The position numbers were made by a program, and so were the translations under genes. The notes beneath the pieces are model-generated. The model did no database searches. It saw only the letters and a program-made list of their open reading frames with translations, and was not told the origin of the DNA. A stretch of 32,000 nucleotides of DNA from Desulfobacterales bacterium (GTDB lineage: Bacteria > Desulfobacterota > Desulfobacteria > Desulfobacterales > JAFDDL01). The DNA lies in the NCBI GenBank assembly GCA_963675725.2, contig CAXXXZ010000002.1, forward strand, positions 4,042,611 through 4,074,610, in the 5' to 3' direction. Shown here piece after piece: positions 23,305-31,669 of the stretch; within the stretch, counting starts at the first letter, position 1; each line of letters starts with the position of its first letter.

Positions 23305-23904
23305 CTATGCCGTATTCACATCTTTATTGCAACGATTTCTCCTGATGTGAGGAATGAGAAAAGGAACACGTTCTTTATATTCAATAAAGGATTTACCAAA
23401 TCTCAATTTCAATTCCAGTTCTTCAAAGAATTTTAAATAGAAAATGTGTGCCGGTATAACTTCCAGTAGAGACCATAATAGAAAATATGTAGAACCGGCC
23501 ATAAGTCCCAATGCCATACACCCTAAATAAAAACCAAACGACATTGGATTTCTGATTGTCTTGTATACGAGGTCCTCAACCAGTTTTTTCGTTAGAAAAA
23601 TACCAGGTTGCCCCTGGCCCAGTCCAGCAATTCCGAACCAAGAAACAAAAAGAAAAAAAAACGCAATCACTGCCAGCAGGGCGCCTGTTGCCGCAGCCAG
23701 TGGTCTATAGGGCAAGGGTGGAAGGCCCAAGAGTCTGTCATAGGAACCCATGCCGGGATAAAAGAGCCCGGCCACAACAGGAATCAATAGCATTACAAGA
23801 CCAATGGCATGCAGAATTACGGTTGTTGTTTGGCATACTTTTTTCGATGGATATTTTCTGAGAAAGATACCAAGGACAATTGTGCTGAGAAAAAGAACCC
23901 ACAT
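23305..23904 (-). CDS. Membrane methyltransferase, ICMT / phospholipid methyltransferase family
   Basis: 199 aa with ~5 TM segments. C-terminal signature 'YKTIRNPMSFGFYLGCMALGL...EELELKLRFGKSFIEYKERVPFLIP' is typical of this family. Confidence 0.7.
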   Translation of the reverse strand: MWVLFLSTIVLGIFLRKYPSKKVCQTTTVILHAIGLVMLLIPVVAGLFYPGMGSYDRLLGLPPLPYRPLAAATGALLAVIAFFFLFVSWFGIAGLGQGQPGIFLTKKLVEDLVYKTIRNPMSFGFYLGCMALGLMAGSTYFLLWSLLEVIPAHIFYLKFFEELELKLRFGKSFIEYKERVPFLIPHIRRNRCNKDVNTA

Positions 23905-24106
23905 CCAATTATTTGTATGTAAATCATTAACATTTTACGCTACCGCATTTCTTTTAAACCTCGAAGTAAACAGGGCGCAAGGCACGATCGGTCCCTTGTG
24001 AAATTGCAGATGATGTGTTGATGACAGCATGCCTGATCTGGAAGATCCTTCCGGAGCAAATCTCATCTTTACCCTATTTTTTGAAACATTAGGGTTTATG
24101 TAAAAT

Positions 24107-24637
24107 TCAGTCCATGTGCTCGAACGCCTTTAACACGGGCTCCTTTCCCATCAGAACCATCCCGAAGTGGTCAACGGTTTCATTTGTCTTGCTGTCCCGG
24201 TCGTGCCATCGTGCCAGAAACTCTCGCTCCCTGAGCCATGTTCTTCTAAACGATGCCGGGTCCTCAAACAGGAGAACCCCCTTTGCAAACCCAATCACGA
24301 TGGCATAGTGACCATCCTCGTAGTCGTTGCGCCAATCTTCAAGCGTCATGTATCGATCCGCCCAGGCTTGTAGGAGTATGATAACGGGAACTCCGGCCGC
24401 CATCATGCGCTTCACCTCCCGCAGCGTCCAGCCCGAACCCGCATTGACCTGGAATCCGTGTTTCTGGGCGACGGTAACCATGCTGGTAACGGATGTGCCG
24501 TCCGCCTGTGTTGTGTTGAGGGCCGCGATCAGTTCATCCTCGCGGACCTCTACCCCGTAGTACGCCATGACCGCCTGCAAGGCTTTGGGACCGCAGTCAA
24601 AGTCAAAGGCCTGTCTGCCACTGTGCAGGTCTATCAT
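24107..24637 (-). CDS. Standalone peptidase-C39-like (papain-fold) cysteine peptidase domain protein
   Basis: 'QAFDFDCGPKALQAVMAYYGV' (Gln...Cys nucleophile motif) and 'GHYAIVIGFAKGVLLFEDP' (His, Asp). There is no ABC-transporter domain and no signal peptide. ATG 24637 is preceded by GGAGAGGAGGA and overlaps the upstream stop as ATGA. Confidence 0.65.
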   Translation of the reverse strand: MIDLHSGRQAFDFDCGPKALQAVMAYYGVEVREDELIAALNTTQADGTSVTSMVTVAQKHGFQVNAGSGWTLREVKRMMAAGVPVIILLQAWADRYMTLEDWRNDYEDGHYAIVIGFAKGVLLFEDPASFRRTWLREREFLARWHDRDSKTNETVDHFGMVLMGKEPVLKAFEHMD

Positions 24638-25425
24638 CCGCAATCCTCCTCTCCAGCCAGCCTGACGAGGCGTAGCGTTTCCAATAGCGCCTCCGCAAAA
24701 GCGCGGCGCAGTCGATTGATGGCAGCGAAATTGGGTGTCTTATCGGCGTTTGTGTACAGGAGCTGGTTTGTCTCCTGGATAAAAGCGGGCACGCGGGCGC
24801 CGACGGGCATCAGTGCGTTGACCGAATGAGCCGCGCAGACATGCCCGTACACCGAGCAGTATTCCGAAGCGTTCACCGTGACCGTGATGTCAGGTAGGCG
24901 CTTTCGCAATTCGGCAGCGTAGGTTTCAACATATGCGTCGGGAGAGTAATAGAGCGGGCCATCGTCCAGAGGGGAGTGCTGGAGGTTCATCAGATCGATC
25001 TGGTTGCCTGCGACGCCGCGGGCTGTGACCGTGGAATGCCCGTCGAAAAGGAATGTCGCCCCTCCACGAATACGCTTCTCGATAGTTGCGTGAAACGGTA
25101 TCAGGTACTTCACTGCGAGCTGACGGCGTAAATTAAGGGAAGGCGCGTGGCCTCGTCGGTAAACCGGCCGACCCTCGATATCCTGGATGGGCACACTATC
25201 GTCGAGAATATCCGGGCGACGGTTCCCATCGAGAACGATGCTGCAGTAGGGAAAGACCAGGTGTCGGTTGCCCAAAATGTCTCGGAAATCATACAACCAA
25301 TTCGTGTACCAGTCGACGTTCTTCACGATTGTGGTGAAATCCTCCGACAGTGCCTCCATGGATATCTCTGCCGGAACGACAATTCCACTGTGGGGTATCA
25401 CCACGAGAATGTTTGTACCGCTCAT
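24634..25425 (-). CDS. N-formylglutamate amidohydrolase (FGase) family hydrolase
   Basis: 'ILVVIPHSGIVVP', 'IVLDGNRRPD', 'FLFDGHST' and 'AFIQETN' follow the FGase-family metal-site pattern. The start is ATG 25425 or GTG 25443, and neither has ideal SD spacing. Confidence 0.6.
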   Translation of the reverse strand: MSGTNILVVIPHSGIVVPAEISMEALSEDFTTIVKNVDWYTNWLYDFRDILGNRHLVFPYCSIVLDGNRRPDILDDSVPIQDIEGRPVYRRGHAPSLNLRRQLAVKYLIPFHATIEKRIRGGATFLFDGHSTVTARGVAGNQIDLMNLQHSPLDDGPLYYSPDAYVETYAAELRKRLPDITVTVNASEYCSVYGHVCAAHSVNALMPVGARVPAFIQETNQLLYTNADKTPNFAAINRLRRAFAEALLETLRLVRLAGEEDCG

Positions 25426-25600
25426 AGCTGTCAGCCTTTTCACCTCCCTCTATTGCCGAACACCGCCGGTTAACTCAGAATTTATTAAGTTCACGGACTT
25501 TTTGCACCCGATAAATTGGTGTGATTCGGGAGTTTATTAATTCAGCCATTATTCTTATACGGAAAATTACTCGATCCCTCAATTAAATATGTCAGTACCC

Positions 25601-25640
25601 TAAAGGCGGTGCCACCGGGCTGATCATTAGCTTCCAGCTG
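25601..25640 (-). repeat. Copy B of the ~40-nt intergenic repeat (inverted relative to copy A)
   Basis: The minus strand reads CAGCTGGAAGCTAATGATCAGCCCGGTGGCACCGCCTTTA, 34/40 aligned columns identical to 5983-6021. It lies ~160-215 nt upstream of the FGase-family gene on the same strand. Confidence 0.75.
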
Positions 25641-26050
25641 ATAACCATCCTGGCTTCGCCGACACCTGCATGAGGCCTATCGGGCAGTGAGATGCTTGGT
25701 GAACGCCCTCTCGCTGTCTGCGCGGGTTGCATTTCGTTTAGAAAATCAGAACGATACCTATTATCAATGCAAACATCAAGGCATGAAGCCAAGGCGGCCA
25801 TCTTCAAAGAAGCGGCGCTGATTTTCTTTATGACGTTTTATGCGCAAGTTTGAGAGGGCTTAAGCCAAATATTCTTGCCCGCTGGACCGATAGCATTAAA
25901 TAATAGCGCAAGATGCCTTTATTTATCCGTATAAAGGTCACGCATAGGCTACATGCTTTTGCCCCAGGCTTGCGAAGAATAAAATATTGGTTTACGCTGG
26001 CATAGTTATTTTTCTAAGGAAGAGAACCGATAATAAAGTGGTCATATAAA

Positions 26051-26818
26051 GTGAAATTTACAACGGGAGATCATGCGCGCTATAAGCGGCAGTTAATGCT
26101 CGAAGAAATTGGGATTGCCGGCCAGGAAAGAATTCGCCGCGCCAACGTATTGGTGATTGGTGCTGGTGGATTGGGCTCGGCTATTTTGCAATACTTAGGT
26201 GCAGCAGGTGTTGGTACCATCGGGATTGCGGATGGTGATGTGGTGGAGTTGTCGAACCTGCAGCGGCAGGTAATTCATTTCACATCTGATTTAAACAGGC
26301 CCAAAGTCGATTCGGCAAAGGAAAAAATCGAGAAACTTAACCCTCACGTTTCGGTAAATGTTCATGACAGTATGATTACGAAAAATAACATCATGGGGCT
26401 TGTCAGTGCATATGATTTCGTGCTGGATGGGACGGATAATTTTCCGTCAAAATTTTTAATCAACGATGCCTGCATTTTATCTGGAATCCCCTTTTCCCAC
26501 GCCGGAATTCTTCACTATATCGGCCAAACCATGACCATCCTGCCCCATAAAACCGCCTGTTACCGATGTGTTTTCGGTGAACCACCCCCATCCGATTCGG
26601 ATTCAGCTCCAGGGGATGCCGGCGTCTTTGGGCCCGTGGCTGGCACCATCGGTACCATTCAGGCGGCGGAGGCTATAAAATTTATCGTTGGCAAAGGGAA
26701 TTTGCTTGCCGATCGTTTGCTTGTGTTTGACAGCTTAAAAATGGAGTTCAGAACCGTCCGGATTTCAAAGAATAAAAGTTGCCCGGTGTGTGGGGCGCAT
26801 CCCTCCATCACCATTTGA
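26051..26818 (+). CDS. ThiF/MoeB/HesA-family E1-like adenylyltransferase
   Basis: 255 aa. 'RYKRQLML', Rossmann motif 'VLVIGAGGLGS', 'ELSNLQRQ', and two CxxC pairs ('CYRC', 'CPVC') for the structural Zn. GTG is the only in-frame start upstream of the conserved N-terminal motif. There is no rhodanese domain. Confidence 0.85.
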   Translation: MKFTTGDHARYKRQLMLEEIGIAGQERIRRANVLVIGAGGLGSAILQYLGAAGVGTIGIADGDVVELSNLQRQVIHFTSDLNRPKVDSAKEKIEKLNPHVSVNVHDSMITKNNIMGLVSAYDFVLDGTDNFPSKFLINDACILSGIPFSHAGILHYIGQTMTILPHKTACYRCVFGEPPPSDSDSAPGDAGVFGPVAGTIGTIQAAEAIKFIVGKGNLLADRLLVFDSLKMEFRTVRISKNKSCPVCGAHPSITI

Positions 26819-27135
26819 TGGTGAGCGCGTCACTTCATTTCTGTGAAATTCTATTTACTTCTACATTATTCAAGCCCGTGTCAGTCATTTGATGTTAGAA
26901 AAATATTAATTGACTTTAAACAAATAGGTATACTATTGTTATTCTTAGAGTTCTTTAATTATTTAGGTGGAAAGTTGCTATCTGATGTGATGATTGTTAA
27001 CGAACTCCTTCATGTCATTTTTTCTTACACTTACTTTTATGCGGTTACCTGAACCTGTAAGAAGGTGTTGGGCGGAGGGGACTCTCTTTACTTGGGAAGT
27101 CTGTCTACTGAATCACTCAACAAGAAGGAGGACCT

Positions 27136-29145
27136 ATGGAATGGACACGTGTCACTCGGTTGTCGGAAGATAGGTTCGTAATTGGATTTGTTGCCCTGTC
27201 GATAACGGCATTTTTTCTATTCATCGCCCCGGCGGCCCAGGGAATAGATTTTTCCAAAGGGGAGATCACCGGTACATGGGATACCACACTTTCTTATGGT
27301 GCGGCCTGGCGGGTTGAGGGGCGAGACCGTGCGATCGTTGGCTTGGTGAATGGCGGGGATGCCTTCTCGCCCAATGGCGATGATGGTAACCTTAATTTTT
27401 CCAATGGCAGTTTATACAGCAATGCCGTTAAGGCCACCACGGAGCTTGATTTGTCCTATAAGTTTTTTGGGGCGTTCATTCGGGGGTCTGCATTTTATGA
27501 TTTTGAATATGAGGATGGTGATCCGGACCATATCGCATTGACGGACGAAGCCCTTGACCTTGTGGGGTCGGATGCCAAGTTACTGGATGCCTATGTTTCA
27601 GCCAGTTTTGACCTGTTTGACCGGCCCATGGAGGTTCGCGTAGGGGAACAACTGGTGAGTTGGGGTGAGAGCACCTTTTTTCAAAACAGCATCAATACCA
27701 TCAATCCGGTAGATGTGAGCGCGATTCGATTGCCGGGTGGGGAACTTAAAGAAGCCCTTTTGCCCGAGGGCATGGTGTACGCCTCGGCGGGCGTTACGGA
27801 TGACATCGCCATTGAGGGATTCTATCTTTATGATTGGGAAAAGACAGATATCGATCCGCCCGGCTCTTTTTTCAGTACGAACGATTTTGCAGGCGATGGG
27901 GGAACGCGCGTTATATTGGGATATGGCGACTGGTCTGAATTTGGCACCGATCTCGGGGCATTGGGGTTCGATGATGATTTCATGGCAGTTCCCCGGGAAA
28001 GTACGCGATCAGCATCAAATAGCGGCCAATTCGGTATTGCACTCAGATGGTTTGCACCGTTTCTGGCCGATACAGAGTTTGGCTTTTACTACATGAACTA
28101 TCATAGCCGGGTGCCGATTATCAGTGCCCGTACAGGGACCCTTGGCGGATTTGGAAATGCTGTGGCGGCCGGAACTGCGTTGCAGGCTTACAGTGACCCC
28201 AGATTACCGACCTATGGAGATGCCGCTGGCTCAATAGCGGCCGGGGCAGCGGCTGGCGGGGCTGTGGGGGCAACGGACCCGCTTGCGGCAGCGCAGGGGG
28301 CATTGACGGTTGCCGGAACGGCGGGTGCGGCAAAAGCATCCGCCTTTGTGGTGGACCAGTATTCCCAGACGGCCCGTTACCTGACCGAGTACCCGGAAGA
28401 CATTCAACTTTTTGGTATCAGCTTTAATACGGGGCTCGGCGCCACCGGTATTGCCCTTCAGGGTGAGATTTCCCACCGCTTGGATGTTCCCCTGCAGATA
28501 GATGATATAGAGCTCCTTCTGGCAGCGTTGACCCCTCTGGCACCCCTTAAGTCAAGCTTTTTGTTGAACCAGATCAGGCCGGAGGGCGCTGGCTTTGAGG
28601 AATATATCGCCGGCTACATTCAAAGGGATATTACCCAGATGCAGGCCACGGCCACAAAGGTATTCGGGCCAACCTTTGGGGCGAATACCTTTGTTTTGCT
28701 GGGAGAAATAGCGTGGACCCATATTCATGACATGCCAAGCAAAAGCGTCCAGAGGCTGGAGAGCCCTGGCACCTATGTTACCGGTGAGCCTGCCCATGAC
28801 GATGCAGATGGGTCCCATCCCGGAAAAACCTCAGAATCGGCGGATCATTTTGCTGACCAGGATTCCTGGGGATATCGGATGGTGGGACGATTGGTTTACA
28901 ACAATGCTATCGGACCAGTGACACTATCTCCCCGGTTTGCATGGCAGCATGATGTCTCCGGCAACACGCCTGGGCCGGGGGGGAATTTTCTTGAAGGGCG
29001 AAAGGCGATAACCATTGGAATCACAGCAGAGTATCTTTCTGCCTGGACATTTGACGTGGCCTATACAAACTTTTTTGGCGCAGACAGATACAATCTGATT
29101 AATGACCGGGACTTTATCGGGGCAAACATAAAGTATTCTTTTTAA
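27136..29145 (+). CDS. DUF1302-family predicted outer-membrane beta-barrel protein
   Basis: AAGGAGGA RBS. Signal peptide ending 'APAAQG'. N-terminal 'GTWDTTLSYGAAWRV' and C-terminal 'ANIKYSF' (aromatic terminal residue typical of OM barrels). The 669-aa size matches my recollection of the family. Confidence 0.75.
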   Translation: MEWTRVTRLSEDRFVIGFVALSITAFFLFIAPAAQGIDFSKGEITGTWDTTLSYGAAWRVEGRDRAIVGLVNGGDAFSPNGDDGNLNFSNGSLYSNAVKATTELDLSYKFFGAFIRGSAFYDFEYEDGDPDHIALTDEALDLVGSDAKLLDAYVSASFDLFDRPMEVRVGEQLVSWGESTFFQNSINTINPVDVSAIRLPGGELKEALLPEGMVYASAGVTDDIAIEGFYLYDWEKTDIDPPGSFFSTNDFAGDGGTRVILGYGDWSEFGTDLGALGFDDDFMAVPRESTRSASNSGQFGIALRWFAPFLADTEFGFYYMNYHSRVPIISARTGTLGGFGNAVAAGTALQAYSDPRLPTYGDAAGSIAAGAAAGGAVGATDPLAAAQGALTVAGTAGAAKASAFVVDQYSQTARYLTEYPEDIQLFGISFNTGLGATGIALQGEISHRLDVPLQIDDIELLLAALTPLAPLKSSFLLNQIRPEGAGFEEYIAGYIQRDITQMQATATKVFGPTFGANTFVLLGEIAWTHIHDMPSKSVQRLESPGTYVTGEPAHDDADGSHPGKTSESADHFADQDSWGYRMVGRLVYNNAIGPVTLSPRFAWQHDVSGNTPGPGGNFLEGRKAITIGITAEYLSAWTFDVAYTNFFGADRYNLINDRDFIGANIKYSF

Positions 29146-29164
29146 GAAAGGGGGGGACGTCATA

Positions 29165-30527
29165 ATGCTGAAAAAAACACGCCTGATGGTAGGGACGATG
29201 CTTGTTCTAGCGATGGCGATATCTCCTGCTGTTGCTAAAATAAGCCAAGAACAAATCGGCAGGCTTCAAAAAGATTTAACCCCCCTTGGTGCAGAGAGGG
29301 CAGGCAACCAGGAGGGAACGATTCCCCCATGGACTGGTGGGATCACGGAACCACCACCATCCTACAAACCCGGCATGCATCATCCCGATCCTTATTCGGC
29401 GGATCCTGTTTTGTTTACTATTTCTGCTGCCAATATGACGCCATATAAGAATAAATTGACCGCCGGGCATCAAGCGCTCATGAAGTTATATGACAGTTTT
29501 AAGATGAATGTATACCAGACACGTCGTTCGGCTTCCTGCCCCCAGCGCATCTATGATGTCACGGCCAAGGTGGCGGCCACGGCGGAACTTGTCAATAACG
29601 GTGATGGGGTAACAAGTACGGTGATTGGAATACCTTTTCCCATCCCCACAAAGGGCGTCGAGGTTATCTGGAACCATCTGCTTCGATATCGGGGTGAAAT
29701 TGCGGCCAGAAAGATTGCCCAGGCCGCACTGACGCGAAGTGGTCAATACACCCTGGTGAAGTTTGAGGACGAGTTCAACCTCCTTTACACGCACCCCGGC
29801 ATGACAGAAGAAAAACTGGATAATCGTATCCTGCTCTTTAAGCAAAAAGTGGTTGCACCCGCAAAGCTTGCCGGTGGTATCCTGTTGGTGCATGAAACCC
29901 TTGACCAGGTGAAAGAACCCCGGGCAGCCTGGTTATACAACCCTGGACAGCGGCGGGTCAGGCGTGCGCCCAATGTTGCTTATGACAATCCCGGGACTGC
30001 GTCGGATGGGGTCCGTACCTCTGACCAGTTCGATATGTTTAATGGTGCCACGGACCGTTATGACTGGAAACTCGTGGGTAAAAGAGAAATTTATGTGCCC
30101 TATAATGCTTACAAGCTTCACAGTGATAAACTGACCTATGAGCAAATTTTGACCCCGCTTCATATCAATCCGGAGTTTTGCCGATATGAGCTCCATCGCG
30201 TCTGGGTGGTTGAAGCGACCTTAAGAGAAGGCAGTCGTCATCTATATAAACGCAGGACCTTTTATGTTGATGAAGATTCGTGGCAAGTACTGCTGGTGGA
30301 TATTTATGACAACCGTGATCAGTTGTGGCGGGTTTCCGAAGGTCACGTGATCAACTACTACGAAAAACCGGCCTTATGGACGACCCTGGAAGTACATCTT
30401 GATCTTCAAACAGGAAGATATTTGGCGATCGGTCTTGATAACGAAAGTGAAATGTATGATTTTGCCATAGAGCGCACGGCGGAGGGACTACACTCCGGCG
30501 GCGCTTCGTCGCGAAGGCCGGAGATAA
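29165..30527 (+). pseudogene. DUF1329-family (LolA-like fold) periplasmic protein with an apparent +1 frameshift near the 3' end
   Basis: Signal peptide 'MLVLAMAISPAVA'. 'YNPGQRRVRRAPNVAYDNP' and 'RYELHRVWVVEA' are family-like. After codon GAG 30482-30484 the track frame continues as low-quality sequence to 30679. Skipping one G of the GGG run (30484-30486) instead gives 'DYTPAALRREGRR*', ending at 30527. Confidence 0.7.
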
Positions 30528-30614
30528 ATAATATTTCAATAATGGGGAAAAGTCTATTTGCTGAAAGTGGGCTGGGCTGTTATTTGAAAAATAACATTAT
30601 TTTTCGGAGTGTTC

Positions 30615-31637
30615 ATGCGATTTTTTTCTCATTATCAGATAACGCTGAAACAGCGACTCGTTACTTCTCCTGTTTTTGATGTTTGGCGGACCATTGGCAA
30701 ACGATGCCCTTTCTTTTTTCTTTGCGCAGTGGTTTTCTCTATTTCAAGTTCGGTTTCGTCACTTTGCGCAGAACAATCCGTTATTGCGCCACTGGCCGAT
30801 CGATCCTTACTGCTTGATGGAACGAGGCTCGAGAATGGCCGTGTTGTTACCGTGGGAGAGCGGGGACACGCCCTTTTTTCGGACGATCAGGCCGTCTCTT
30901 GGACCCAAGCCCAGGTGCCCACCCGGGCCACATTGACGGCCGTGTCGTTTTACGATCAACACCTGGGATGGGCTGTAGGACACGATGCCGTCATACTGCG
31001 GACCCGGGACGGCGGTGAGACCTGGGCGTTGGTTTATTCGGATCCAGAAGAAGAACGCCCACTGCTTGATGTGTGGTGCCGTGACGCGCAGCACTGCTAT
31101 GCCGTCGGGGCCTATGGATATTTTCTTGAGACCCGAGATGCCGGAGACGCCTGGCAGTCCCGGTCCATCAATGAAGATGACTGGCATTTGAATCAGCTGT
31201 CAGCGTCAGCATCGGGAAAGCTCTACATTGCAGCAGAGGCAGGTACGATGTATCGATCCGACGATGGCGGGGGGCACTGGGAAACATTACCATCCCCCTA
31301 TGACGGTTCGTTTTTCGGTATCTTGCCGCTTTCCGGAGAGGCGGTCCTTGCATTCGGGTTACGGGGAAACCTGTTTCGATCCGACGATGCCGGAAACACC
31401 TGGCAAAAAATCAAGACCGGAACGGATTCACTGCTAACCCAGGGCCTCGCATTACCCGATGGTCGGGTATTGGTTTTAGGTCTTGGCGGAACGGTATTGA
31501 TCAGCCGGGATGAAGGGCGAAGTGTGACACTGTATCAACAACCCGACCGACTGGGGATCTCTGCAGCCGTTCCGGTGGCAGATAACAAACTGGCAGTTTT
31601 TGGTGAAGGGGGCGCGCGATTCATAACGATACCCTAA
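30615..31637 (+). CDS. Ycf48/Hcf136-like BNR-repeat beta-propeller protein, secreted
   Basis: CGGAG lies 5 nt before ATG 30615. Hydrophobic signal 'CPFFFLCAVVFSISSSVSSLCA'. Recurring 'S/TxDxGxxW' blades: 'SDDQAVSW', 'TRDGGETW', 'TRDAGDAW', 'SDDGGGHW', 'SDDAGNTW', 'SRDEGRSV'. Confidence 0.75.
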   Translation: MRFFSHYQITLKQRLVTSPVFDVWRTIGKRCPFFFLCAVVFSISSSVSSLCAEQSVIAPLADRSLLLDGTRLENGRVVTVGERGHALFSDDQAVSWTQAQVPTRATLTAVSFYDQHLGWAVGHDAVILRTRDGGETWALVYSDPEEERPLLDVWCRDAQHCYAVGAYGYFLETRDAGDAWQSRSINEDDWHLNQLSASASGKLYIAAEAGTMYRSDDGGGHWETLPSPYDGSFFGILPLSGEAVLAFGLRGNLFRSDDAGNTWQKIKTGTDSLLTQGLALPDGRVLVLGLGGTVLISRDEGRSVTLYQQPDRLGISAAVPVADNKLAVFGEGGARFITIP

Positions 31638-31669
31638 TTCCGATACCGTGAACAAAAGAAAGACCATCT

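Noticed and set aside
25734-25780. Similarity of this segment (minus strand ...ATTGATAATAGGTATCGTTCTGATTTTCTAAACG...) to the leader of the first IS (3608-3640).
   Set aside because: It is anchored only by a 10-mer in AT-rich DNA. Hundreds of chance 10-mer matches are expected in 32 kb, and the flanks reach only ~60% identity with gaps. It is not distinguishable from chance by eye.
25592-25853. 71-aa minus-strand ORF (25592..25807) and a 53-aa plus-strand ORF with CxxC (25692..25853) in the long intergenic gap.
   Set aside because: They are mutually antisense and neither has a credible RBS. The composition is arbitrary, and the C-terminus of the 71-aa ORF is simply the 40-nt repeat read in one frame.
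26843-27052. 69-aa ORF in the AT-rich gap upstream of the DUF1302 gene.
   Set aside because: It has a GTG start without an RBS and a Leu/Phe/Tyr/Ile-rich product typical of random AT-rich sequence. The region more likely holds the promoter of the envelope cluster.
28190-28340. Ala/Gly-rich stretch ('AAGSIAAGAAAGGAVGATDPLAAAQGALTVAGTAGAAKASA') in the DUF1302-like protein, with antisense ORFs 28121..28339 and 28231..28476.
   Set aside because: There is no DNA-level tandem repeat. It is most simply a low-complexity surface loop, and the antisense ORFs are GC-rich shadows. I cannot judge from memory whether the insert is unusual for the family.
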